Positions 8,656 to 20,000 of a DNA stretch of 64,000 bases are shown here, piece after piece. Both the position numbers and the translations under genes were made by a program. A model generated the notes under the pieces. It saw nothing but the letters and a program-made list of their open reading frames with translations, had not been told where the DNA came from and did not search any database. The first letter of the stretch is position 1. Every line of letters starts with the position of its first letter. This DNA comes from Candidatus Uhrbacteria bacterium (GTDB taxonomy: Bacteria; Patescibacteriota; Patescibacteriia; JACPHY01), in assembly GCA_016188355.1 (NCBI GenBank), contig JACPHY010000002.1:596-64595 (forward strand). The letters are read 5' to 3'.

Positions 8656-9099
8656 TCACGACCGCGATACCTGCTTTCGGATAATCTCCTCCTGTACCCC
8701 AAACATTCGTTCCGCATCCGATGGCGTGGCGTGATCGTATCCCAAGAGATGCAGCATGCCGTGCACGAACACCCGCAGGAGCTCCCGCCGAAACGGCTCC
8801 CCCGCTCGCTCGGCCTGCGCACGAACATGGGAGGGACAGATGAGTATTTCGCCAAAATCCTCCGATCCTTCCCTGGACTCTCCCGGAAAGGCAAGCACGT
8901 CCGTAACCCGGTCTTCGCCGTGATACTGCCGGTTCACCGTACGCATGCGCTGCGGTCCCACAAACGCAACCGAGAGCTCGCCGGACGCCCGCGCCTGTTT
9001 CGTGCTGCGGAGCACGTGCATCACGCATGAGCGCAGCGTGGCCCGTGTCATGGACACGGGCACTGCCCGAGCGATCTCGAGGTGAAGCATACTCGTCAC
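8656..9099 (-). CDS. ybeY: Endoribonuclease YbeY
   Basis: HGMLHLLGYDH metal-binding motif. Confidence 0.85.
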   Translation of the reverse strand: MTSMLHLEIARAVPVSMTRATLRSCVMHVLRSTKQARASGELSVAFVGPQRMRTVNRQYHGEDRVTDVLAFPGESREGSEDFGEILICPSHVRAQAERAGEPFRRELLRVFVHGMLHLLGYDHATPSDAERMFGVQEEIIRKQVSRS

Positions 9100-10268
9100 C
9101 GCGCCGATCCGCGCGTCGACATCCGAAGACTCTGGAGTGCCAATGGGAAGAGATTAGGATACTTGCGACCCGACTGCTCATCTGCCGTCCGCAGATGCAG
9201 GATACGCGTTGCGGTGAGCGCGAAGTAGGTACTCCCCTGCGTTTCGGTGAGCTGATACCCAGATGCACCGCGTCGCGTCGACACCGGAGCCACTGCGCTG
9301 TCCACTGACGCCGACTGCTTCCGGAGCCACGCATCCACGGCCATTCGTGACGCGTTCTCCAGCAACTCGACGCCGATCACAGCAACCCCAGAACCATCGC
9401 GGATCTCCCAAACTCCAGAACGAGTTCCCGAAGCTACGCTCCAACCCTTTGGCACATACACGCTCCAATGATCGGTGGGATGCTCATACTCGTAGACGAG
9501 CCCCGCATCCACAAGCCGTTCCGGAGCAATCCCGGAAGGATTGTAGAGATTCACCAATTCCAACGTATCCGCGTATCCATCCGCATCGGTGTCCCGTCGC
9601 GTAGGATCGGTTCCGAATGCTCGCTCCTCTGCCTCCGACATCCCATCTCCATCCACATCCACATCATCCGATGGCAGCGGTGGTGGCGCATTCACTATCG
9701 GCACCGGCTCCGGCTCGGGAACCGGGATCACCACCGGCACCACCGGCGCAGGCGGAACCACTACCGGAGGAACCGTCGGAGTGTTTACGGGAGCAGGCTT
9801 CGGTTGCGGCGGCGTCGCGCTCGGTGGCTTCGCGGTATTTGCCGCAGGTGGCGGTGGCGGTTTCGGGGCACGGAGCAAAAAATACGAAGTAATCCCCGCA
9901 GCGAGGAGCGCCACCAGTAAAATCCCACCTCCCAGGAGCAATTTCCGACGCCGGTCCTCCCCGTCCGGAGGTATCGCGGCAGGCGTCTCGGGGGTTCCAG
10001 GGGGAGATGCAGCTCCCGTGGGGATCGGTGCGAATGGATCTGCACTAACAGATGGAGGAGCTGGAGGTGGCGACGATTCCGGGGGACGCGGTGTCGACGG
10101 CGACACCGGTGCTGGCATAGGTACCGCGGAGGCAGGGGCAGCAACAGAGGCCGCGGGAAGAGCAGCGGATCGCGTCAACGGGAGAAACCGCTCCGGCATG
10201 ACGTAGTACTTCGCACCACTCCCTGCTGCCGCGGTGCCATTGGTTTCTGAGGTTGATGCGTCCGCCAT
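9096..10268 (-). CDS. Proline-rich single-pass membrane protein with TSP3-like Ca-binding repeats (DxDGDG...DTDxDG) and a C-terminal globular domain
   Basis: TM segment LLLGGGILLVALLAAGITSYFLL; Pro-rich tracts; DVDVDGDGMSEAEERAFGTDPTRRDTDADGYAD; paralogous to 10314-10967. Confidence 0.5.
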   Translation of the reverse strand: MADASTSETNGTAAAGSGAKYYVMPERFLPLTRSAALPAASVAAPASAVPMPAPVSPSTPRPPESSPPPAPPSVSADPFAPIPTGAASPPGTPETPAAIPPDGEDRRRKLLLGGGILLVALLAAGITSYFLLRAPKPPPPPAANTAKPPSATPPQPKPAPVNTPTVPPVVVPPAPVVPVVIPVPEPEPVPIVNAPPPLPSDDVDVDGDGMSEAEERAFGTDPTRRDTDADGYADTLELVNLYNPSGIAPERLVDAGLVYEYEHPTDHWSVYVPKGWSVASGTRSGVWEIRDGSGVAVIGVELLENASRMAVDAWLRKQSASVDSAVAPVSTRRGASGYQLTETQGSTYFALTATRILHLRTADEQSGRKYPNLFPLALQSLRMSTRGSAR

Positions 10269-10313
10269 ACAAGAAAAATGAGAAATCCTGCCGCTACTCC
10301 CGTGCGTTAGTTC

Positions 10314-10967
10314 CTACCGTGGCACCTCGAAGAGCAGGCCCTTGCCACGCGGATTGTACCCGTTCTGGACTTCCTTGCCATCCGGAAACGTGTCGCCATC
10401 GGTATCTGACTTGAGTGGGTCCGTTTGATAGACCCGCGCCTCTTCGCGGTCGGAAAGACCGTCATTGTCCGTATCTGGTTTTGCCGCATCGGTGCCCAGT
10501 CGCGTCTCCTCGGCATCGGGAAGGCCGTCACCATCCGTGTCCACGGCAGAAACTGCCGGAGCTTCCGGCGGGGTCATTGCCGGAGCGGTGGGAGGTGCCG
10601 AAGGAGCGGGTGCGGCGGTTTCTGGAGACGGAACATCCACTGCCGCAGGTGCTGACGTAGTCGACTCCGGAGCGACCGGTGCCGGCGCCGCAACGAGATC
10701 GGTACCCGCATCCGGTTCTCGGACAAGCACCATGTACACGACGACCGCAACGATTCCCAAGACGAGCACGCCCCCCGCAAGGATAAGCACCTTTTTCATC
10801 ACGCCGCTCTGCGCGGCGCGCTGGCCCATGGGGGGAACAGATTCCGCAGGAGCCGCTGCATGCACTGCCGGATCCGGAACTCCCGAAAAAATATCCTCCG
10901 GGGCCGGCGGCTGCTGCGGCGCCACGGGTGGTGGAGGCGGTGTTTGCAATGGGTCGTCCATACACAC
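10314..10967 (-). CDS. Proline/alanine-rich single-pass membrane protein with three TSP3-like Ca-binding repeats
   Basis: TM VLILAGGVLVLGIVAVVVYMVLV; DTDGDGLPDAEE...DTDNDGLSDREE...DTDGDTFPDGKE. Confidence 0.5.
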   Translation of the reverse strand: MCMDDPLQTPPPPPVAPQQPPAPEDIFSGVPDPAVHAAAPAESVPPMGQRAAQSGVMKKVLILAGGVLVLGIVAVVVYMVLVREPDAGTDLVAAPAPVAPESTTSAPAAVDVPSPETAAPAPSAPPTAPAMTPPEAPAVSAVDTDGDGLPDAEETRLGTDAAKPDTDNDGLSDREEARVYQTDPLKSDTDGDTFPDGKEVQNGYNPRGKGLLFEVPR

Positions 10968-11067
10968 AATCCGTCAAGGACAAAGGGGCTTCGCGATCAG
11001 GAAGCGAGCATTTGAGTATACCTCAGCAGAGCAACATGGACGAACCGCAATGACCAAAAGAGCGACG

Positions 11068-14000
11068 TCACGGGGACGGCGGATACGGAGGGCCGGAGCA
11101 TTGGAATGTGGCGGGCTGGGAGATACGGACGTGACGGACGACGGATCCCGACGCAGTGAACTGCGGCACAAGAATCAGCTCAAGTGGTCGGCTGCTCCCG
11201 AATCGACCCAGCGTATCGGTCGGCGTACGTGTGGAGCTATATCCCGCGGCTCCTGGCACGTTGACTGGCTTGCGCAGCACAATCTGCTGTCGCTCCATGA
11301 GTTTCGGCCGCACCGCATCCGTGGGTGCGATGCCAACGCGCCCCAGCTCCGCACCTCCTGCACCAAGCTCCCGAAGCACCAGGGTCGCGTCCGGTACTCC
11401 CTCCTCAAGGAGCACATCGAAGGTGAGCGTGTCATAGAGGCGCGCCGCAGGGAGTCGGATCGGGAGTTCCGCACCATTCGCGACGGCAGTGCCACGACTT
11501 GGATCAATGCCGGTCGCACCGAAATCCGCGGTGACACGATCGAAGGCGCCGGGACACTGACTCGTGCACGTCAGACTGCAGAGCGGTCCATTCCACGGAC
11601 TCGTCGCGCGATCTGCGGCAGCGATATCACATGCCTCTGGACCATTCGCACCATCCTGTTTGATGCCATCCCCACAGAATCCCCCACGCTTCGTCGCGAC
11701 CGTGCACGTATTGGTCAAACAGTAGTTACAGGTACGTCCGTATGCGCACCGCGCGTTCGGGACACACTGCGCGTCCTGCGCACCAGAACAGGCTGCACGC
11801 CAGTTCCCGACGCCCACATCACACTGTTCCGCCGCGCATCGGCCATTGCGTCCGCACTCCGTGCTCGAACGACACGGCTGTCCCAGTTTCCCCGCGTCCC
11901 CCGCAACGCAGGTGGAAGCGAGCACCGCCCCATCACCGCACACATTGTGCTTGCACTGACTCGTACACGCATCCGCATCACGGTCACACACTCCCCCCGA
12001 ACCGCATTCCGCATGAGAACGACACACCCGTTGCGGATCATTGATACATCGCCCCCTCCCCCCGTCATCACACTGCTCCCCGAAGTCCGCCCGACCCTCA
12101 CGGCCATCTTCCACAACGCCATTACCACATCGCGCGCTCGCCACCTGACACGCACCCCATCCGGCGTTCGGCGCGCCATTCGTTGCGCTCCCATTTGCAT
12201 CAAGCACCTTGCAGGCATTTGGTGTTTGCGGCGCGCCACACGTACGCACCTGCGTCGCCTCAAAGGCCACACGTTCAATCCGAAGGTTGGCATCGTAATA
12301 ATCCCGTATACACCCCCCCGAACCACAGGTAGGCGATGCCGCAGCACATGACTCCTGCGTAGCAAAACGACGCGTCCGATCATTCTGGCACGCCCATGCG
12401 CTACCCCCGTTATTCCAATCATTATCCCAGGTGAGGGTAATTTGGTGTGGGGTGTCCGTAGTGCCGGACGCTACACCACGAAGCACCAGCTCATTATGCT
12501 GCAGTTGCGAGGACGCAAGCGCCCAGATGGTGCCCACCGCATTTCCATCGAGCGCCACGCGGATGCGATGGTACACCCCACGTCCACCACGGGTACCTGT
12601 GGGATTCAAATCGGACAGCACCTGTTCTGGCCGGAGACTCGCCTCCATAACCTCTCGCGACACCGTGCCCGGATCACCTCCGGATGACTCCACATTTTGC
12701 GTCACGAGCAACAACTTCACATCTCCCGCTCCGCCATTTTGCGACCGAATGGTTCCTCGGAGCGTAATAGTTGATGGCGTGGACCCATCACCATAGGATC
12801 GCCACCCACCGGAGGAATTTGCCCATTGAGATCCGGTCCATCCCACCCATTGGAGGTTCCCATTATTCTCCACCACGCATGACCGCGATTCATCGCCATC
12901 GCATTGCTCCTGATTCGCGGTCTGGATCTCACGATCCCCACAATACCCCCCCGTCGCGCGGCAAGGCCGCGGGGCGTCTGCGGCGGTGCAGGCGTATTGG
13001 GACTGCGCAGAGGAAGCGGATGGTGTGGTTGCCCTATTGGCAGGACCATCACACTGCTCGCCATACGCCGCCTGAATAATTTCGTCACCGCAGCGCATGT
13101 ACGTCGCCGGACCGGACATACGCCAGGTGCAGTTCGGCGAACATTCGTATGCCGTGCCCGAGGTGATGCCTGGTGCGGTACCACCAGCAGCAGGCACCCG
13201 ACCACCACGCGGACCCACGTCGCACTGCTCGCCCGCATCCACAATGGCGTTCCCGCATTGCGATGACCATGCGCTCCAATCAGACCATTGACACGTCACG
13301 GAACACGTCCGATGCCGCGACTGACGTCTGCCATCTTCGGTACGCTCCTCCGTTCCCACCTGCCCACGCTCACACGCTTCTCCGGCCTGCTGAATACCAT
13401 CACCACATCGGCCACTTGCGCCGTATGTTGTTCCGTTCGGAGTCGCACAAATACCCCCATCCACCCGTATGCCGGTTCGAAGGGCAGGGACGATGGACGA
13501 CCCCGCAACCACCTCCAGCTGCGAACCGAGTTCGGTCGTACCGTCCGCTAATCGCCGGTACTGATACACATACGAACCCGCAGGACAAGAGTACGTACCC
13601 GCGCGTTCACTCCAACACGTCTGCGGGTCGAATAGACGATCTTCCTCACACCGCCGCTGGCCTTCCGGCTGTGCTGCGCATGCGGCATCGTTCACGCAAT
13701 CCGGACCCACGCCACCACACCGACGGATCGACGTACATCGTCCGCCGAACTGGTTCAACGGATCCGATGGCAACGTACTCCCGAGCTGCGCGCCCAACTC
13801 CTGTTGCCAGGACGGCCAGCGACTCACGGACATGCCAGGAATAAAGGTGCCCGCGTTGAGATCAGGACCAAGCGCCATGCACTGTTCTCCCGCAGGACAA
13901 TCACCATCCGCCGCACAGGATCGCGGGGTGATGGTACATCGGCGCTGGAATCGCTGCACGACTTCACGCAGCTCCACGAGATCCTCCATGCGCTGAACAT

Positions 14001-17000
14001 CACGCATGAGTTTATCCTTTGGCGCGCGGCAACTCCCCTGCGCCGTGCCCACACGACAATCCAAATCCGATGTACAGGAGATCCCCGCACACGTACCCCC
14101 CGCTGTTCCACAATCCAAATCCCGTGCGCATGCCGCACCGCTCGTCGTGCAGCGGCCAAAAATCGCACCTGCGGCCACTATGCCCTGCGGCACACACATG
14201 CGCACATTCTGATCGCTCAAATTGGTCGCGAATCGGATACCCTCCAGAATCTGCTGCAGCACCTCTTGCGTTTCCGCAACTGCGCCATCATTGAACGAGA
14301 GCACCGCCAAATTCGTGAAGACGCTTCCGGCACGTACATTCGGCACGTGCAGATACGTCGATCGACCCGCGCGCACCCCGCGGGATCCATCCACTGTGAT
14401 GGGCGTATTCGCATCCGTGAATCCCTGCTGCTGGAACCAACGATCCGCGCGCACATGTCCTTCATTTTCGTAAAGACGCAAGCCCAAAGCATCCTGCCCC
14501 GAACGGCAGAACTGACCCGGAGGACACGTTCCCGGTACATCCGGCTCACAGCGATCGCCGGATTCCGAACAGTACGACGCACCACGCGGCAGGAAGAAGA
14601 ACTCCTTCCGAAGCTCATCACGTCCATTACCCGACTGCACACCAGCAATCTGCCGCGCGACCACATTCGGCGCGATCGCGGGGAGATCATCCCGGAGCGC
14701 GAGCAGGCACTTGAGCGGTGCCATGCATTCCGCATCGCTCCCGCAGCTCCGCGCATCTACGGGTTCGATCGTACCCGGAGCGCGGCATACCTTCCGAGTC
14801 CCCGCATCGCGGCAGTAAGCAAAAGAAATGTGCTCGTCGGTGAGCGGAGAAGGATCGGCGCCCACACAGGTGAACCCGTTCATGCAATCCGAATTCGCCG
14901 TGCAGACATTCGCGCGCATACTACCACTCACACATTGACCCATCGCCGGATACGGCTGCCAGGTCGCCGCATTCGTGACCGCCGGCCACGGATTCTCGCA
15001 AAGGAACACCCGGAACGGCGCCCGCGCACTGAATGGTCCGGCTGGCGCATTGATCGTATTCACGGTGATGTCGAGCTGCGCGAGCGCGAGGCCCTGTCCA
15101 TTCTTCACTGCCGCGGCAGGATGGAAGAAACAGGACGCGTGCGGACCATCGTTGCAGCGCCCGGGTGATGTAGGATCGATATCCGCGACATCGGAAGCGG
15201 TGGATTGCCATTGATACCGCCATTCATATGAGCCGGCCACCGGCCCGACCAGCTGCAACTTCCCGGATGGCAATCGACCCATCGGGGACACCGAGAACGG
15301 AAAATCCATTCGCTGTCCGACGCGCTGGAAGAGGTAGGATGCAGGCTGCATCTGAAGCGTCTCGATCGTGCAGTAGCGACCACCCACCATGAACGTCCAT
15401 GCCGCCCCCCCAAATCGCACGCCATCCATGGAACGCAACGCGATCGGCTTGCCCGCAGCATCTTCATCTGCCGCCCCAAAGAACCGCACGCGATGGAGAC
15501 GACTCGGAACGAGTCCTTTCGGCGTCTCAAATATAAGCTCACTCACGACACGATCTTCCTCCTGCACCTCACGGAGAATTGGGGTCGCCTCCACGGGACG
15601 CCAGTTCGCATCGGAATCCAACGTGCACACACGACCACTGGGACAGTGCTCCAGTATCGCGCCTCGGTACGTCGATGCGCTGGTGACCGCATCGACGACG
15701 ATACCCACGGACGCCGGATCCATGCGCTCGGTGAATCGCGCGGTGACCACCGCATTGATACAGATATTCGTCGCACCCGGATCCGGCATCTCTGATCCTG
15801 ATACGATGGCCGGACGCGCACGACAGCACCCGGAACGATCCACACCGTTCACGGCTGGGGTCAGACATTGCGTGTCGCGCGAATATCCGCACTGCAACTG
15901 GATGGCCACTCGCCCATCCGCGCCGCGCACGCCTGCAATCAACTCCGTAGATTGCATCCCCTCCGCATCCGCAACCCCACCACCAACTGCCTGCACGATT
16001 TGCGCAGGATCGGGCGGATCGGCAACATTGCCCCCATCGCACTGCTCACCGCCGAAGGGACGACCACCGGAACCATCAAACGCGATTCCATCTCCACAGA
16101 GTGCCGGATGCGGTGCGCCGGAAACCGGATCGCGCCAGGCGATCGATGCGCCCTCGAAGAGACATCGCGCGGAGCAACCATCTCCGCTCACGGGTTGACG
16201 TTCCACGCATGATGCGCCCCCACAATCCCCATCCGATGCGCACGTTCGACCCGCGCGTGATCCCGGTGCACATACTCCCACCGCACCATTATCGCACTGC
16301 TCACCGCGGTCCAGTTGACCATTTCCGCATGTCCCCGGTGGGGTATCGACGATCGACCGGGTTCCTGTAAAAATACAGTGCTCAAAATCACATCCCTGCG
16401 ACACCCATACGGATCGCGGATCATCATGCCAATCACACTCCTCTCCTCCAGCCACCCGACCGCCGCGCCCATCCGCCACGATCCCATCACCACAACGTGC
16501 GAGCACCCCATTCGGCGCGCGCACAGGGTCGTACTGCGGCCGCGTACCTTCATGAAGGCATTGACTGGAGCATCCGTCGCCGTTTTCAGTATTGCCGTCA
16601 TCGCAATCCTCACCATCCCCCAACGGTTCCGCGGGACGACCTGGCGTCACCGGTGTTCCGCAGCGCGATCCTCCCGCGCGCGCCCCTAAACGCAAGCAAC
16701 TCGCGGGGTCACACCATGCAGGCATGGTGTTGTTTTGGAGATCACATTCTTCACCCGCATCAATATCTCCATCTCCACACGTGCCCCCCCGAGCAACGGG
16801 TCGCGCGCCACGCAGCAAACAATTCTCCGGATTACAGGAACTCGGAAATCCGGTCGCCTCCGCCTCGCACTCCTCCCCCAATTCTCGCAGACCATTGCCA
16901 CAAATACCGGTGATCCGCACGGACCCGGTGGGAAGGCACTGCAACGTACACGCAGACGATGCGGCAATCGTCGTTCTCGTGAGCGTTGTTTCCGTTGGTG

Positions 17001-20000
17001 CGCCCGGTGCCGCAAAGGTGCCCGCAGTAGTCACCGTCGTGAACCCGGCAACCGCGATATCACGGATGCTCCATCCCCACGGCAAAGAATCGGCGCGAAG
17101 CGGCTGTCCCTCTGGTGCACATCGATCGGGCGCGCTCGTGGGCACCGCCGTCACCCAGGCGCGTTCCCCGACCACCGAAAAGGTGAGCGCTGCCGGTATT
17201 GTCTCCACCTTCTGCACCTCACAGCGCCCTCCGCGCGTTCGGAAAATCCAGGAGCGCGCATCCAAAGACCCATCACCATCGGAATCAAAATTCAATCCCT
17301 CCAACGGAACGCCCCAGGCACTCGTCACCTCGCTCGTCAGCAGTACGCGATAGGGAGTATTTTCCCCAAGCTCAGGAGGAGAAATGCGCAAATGCGGCTC
17401 TTCGGTCACCCGAGTGCCCGCACAGGGATCGTTCCCGCCGGATTCACGTGCGGGGCATACCTGTACATTTGCCGGTCCCAAGGGAATCTCCGCCGTCAAC
17501 GCATCCCGTCGGCAATTCTCCTGCGCGCACTGATACATGCGCACCTCAAACGCCGCGCTCGCCGCAAGCGGCACGTTCGTCACTGCGGCCACGACGGTAT
17601 TCGTGCAAGCCTCCTGACAGCTCTCCGTGGGAATAACCCGAGTTACCCGAGGTCGCTCGAACCGCACCGCCACATCACTAACACCCGAAACCTCTCGATT
17701 GCCTGCCGCGACGATTGCCTGCACCCGCACCGGCTGCGTCGGGGTCTCCCAATGAGCGCGTGCGGTGATGGTGGTGGGCAGATTTTCACACCGACGGTTC
17801 GTTCCACAGAAATTGGTACGGCAATGCCCCGCTCCGGTATCACAGGTAGCACCCAACGACGCGCACTGAGCATCCTGTACACAAGGAATGACGCCGCACT
17901 CTGATTCCACCGCGCACCAACGACCACTTCCATCCACATCACCCGCTACGTACGATCTCCCTGCCACCGCGGGGGGAGAGGGCGGCTGTACCACCCGCCA
18001 CGCATCTACGCGCTCGAGCGCAAGCGTCGTACAGGTCGTAGGATCATTAACGCCCGCCGCACTAATGTGGACGAGGGATGGCAGGTCCGCCGATTGCGTA
18101 GCAGAGAGCACCTGCTGTGGCGTCGCTCCCGGTTCCACCCGCTGCGTGGCGACTGCCGATTGCGGCGTCATGAGAATCTCCCGCACAGCGCACGGTTCCG
18201 CAGATGCCCGCGTCTGAAATCGGAATCGGTAGTTCCCACCTTCCTGCCCATCTCCATCGCCATCAAGTGCCAACTGCTGCGCTCCCGCGCTCCGCAATGC
18301 GAGTTTCGATGCGGTCGTCGCTCCAATCTGCTCCAGGGTATCGCTGCCATACACCACTACTTCATACGTGGCTCCTGGAGACCATCCACCATTCGGCGGC
18401 GCAACATTCACAATGTTGCCCCGATGATTTGTTCGACCGCCCGCATCACTGACCGTTACTGCACCAGTGGTCGCAAACTCACGAATCACGCACGCATCCC
18501 CCTGACGCACAACTTCAAGATCATCCAAATCCGCGGCATATACTTCGTCCGATCCCTGCTCCGCATCTGGCGCGGGCGCGGTGAGATAGATGCGCACAAA
18601 ACCAGAAGCAACGGCATTCGGGCCGCGATCGAACGTGATCGACGTGGCAAGTTCCTGCCAAGTATTCTCGAGCACGACCTCCCGCGCGGACTGCTGCCAC
18701 CAACCCGCATCCGTCACATTCGGCCCACCTGCGCGACCAATCACGATGCCGACACGCGCATTGGGATTCCGCTGTGCATTCCGACCACGAACCATCACTC
18801 GCGCGGTGTAGGTGGTTCCGCCAGTATCCGTCACGAGCGACGCTGGAGCTTCAATAGCGTACGCAATACGGTCCACCGTCGCATCTCGGGGGAGACCAAC
18901 GGCGACCGGTTGTCGTCGATATGCGACCGAATCGGCGACCGCCGCCGTACGTTTCGTCAATCGCAAAACGCCGGTGCCGCCGTGCGCCGCGGTATCTTCC
19001 GTATTTATGAACGTCGCCTGCACGTGTTGAGGGTCCAGTGCGGTCCAAGCCGTCACATCCGTAGCGCGTTCAAATCCACCCCCAAAATCGGTCGCCACAT
19101 TACGACCGCCCGCACACCGGAACACCTGAATGCCGCGTGCCGCTCCTGCGCTCAAAAACTCCGACGAAGATGTCGGGTCCCCCATGCTCATGCTGAATTG
19201 CACGCGCACATTTGCGTTCGTGCATGCCGAACCCCCCGTTCCCTGCTGATCCCAAGGAGACGGGCTGAATGCACCGCAGGACTCCACTACCCGAGGCACC
19301 CGCGGTACCGCGCCAGTGGCAAAGGTCCATTGGTACGCGCCCACATTCGGCTCGGATTCGCACCGCGTCCCCGACGCCACGCATGTGCCATTGCCGCAGC
19401 AGATTTGTCCGCTGGGACACGCATTCGCCGTGCCACCTGCTCGACAATCACGCACCTCAAATTGCACCGGATTCGAACCGCGGTTCGTGGCCGTAGGCGC
19501 ATCTGGATTCTCCCCAGTCACCCACAACCGGAATGGTCCAGTCTTTGCCAGTATCGGAACGAGAATCCCCTGAATTTTCTGCTCCGTCCATGCGAACTGA
19601 TCTCGATCGGATGCACCTACGATTACTTGATCATGGAACCGCATCGTCCCCGCCGCACTCCCAAACCGTTCACCCACAATCGTCACCGGCGTACGCGCAG
19701 GTCCACGATGCGGCGCAATCGCACAAATACCGGGAGTCGCAGGATCAGTGGTGACGGTGAATGGCACCGCATTCGAAGCAACGTCCGTTCCCCGAGGATG
19801 TACACGAATCTCAAATTGCCCCAACGCGGAAAAATCCGAAGGCGGCGGACTCTGACCAACCGGAGCCCACTCCTCGCGATTCGCAGGGATGCGAATCGTA
19901 ATCTCGTTGGCGCGCCACCAATCTTGACGACACGCATCTGGAAAACGCGGCACGATATCGTACCGCTCCGTGCCTCGCGTGAAGGTAATGCGACCCATCT

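Noticed and set aside
9600-10200. Repetitive-looking GC-rich sequence (ccaccggcaccaccggcgc...), checked as a possible CRISPR or tandem repeat
   Set aside because: It is coding low-complexity Pro/Gly/Thr tracts of the membrane protein at 9096-10268. There is no regular repeat-spacer periodicity.
13804-15168. Long plus-strand ORFs (13804-15168; also 10465-12351 and 18067-20334) antisense to the giant gene
   Set aside because: They are Arg/His-rich low-complexity translations typical of wrong-frame reading in GC-rich coding DNA, and they lie entirely inside the continuous 3682-aa minus-strand ORF with its coherent domain content.
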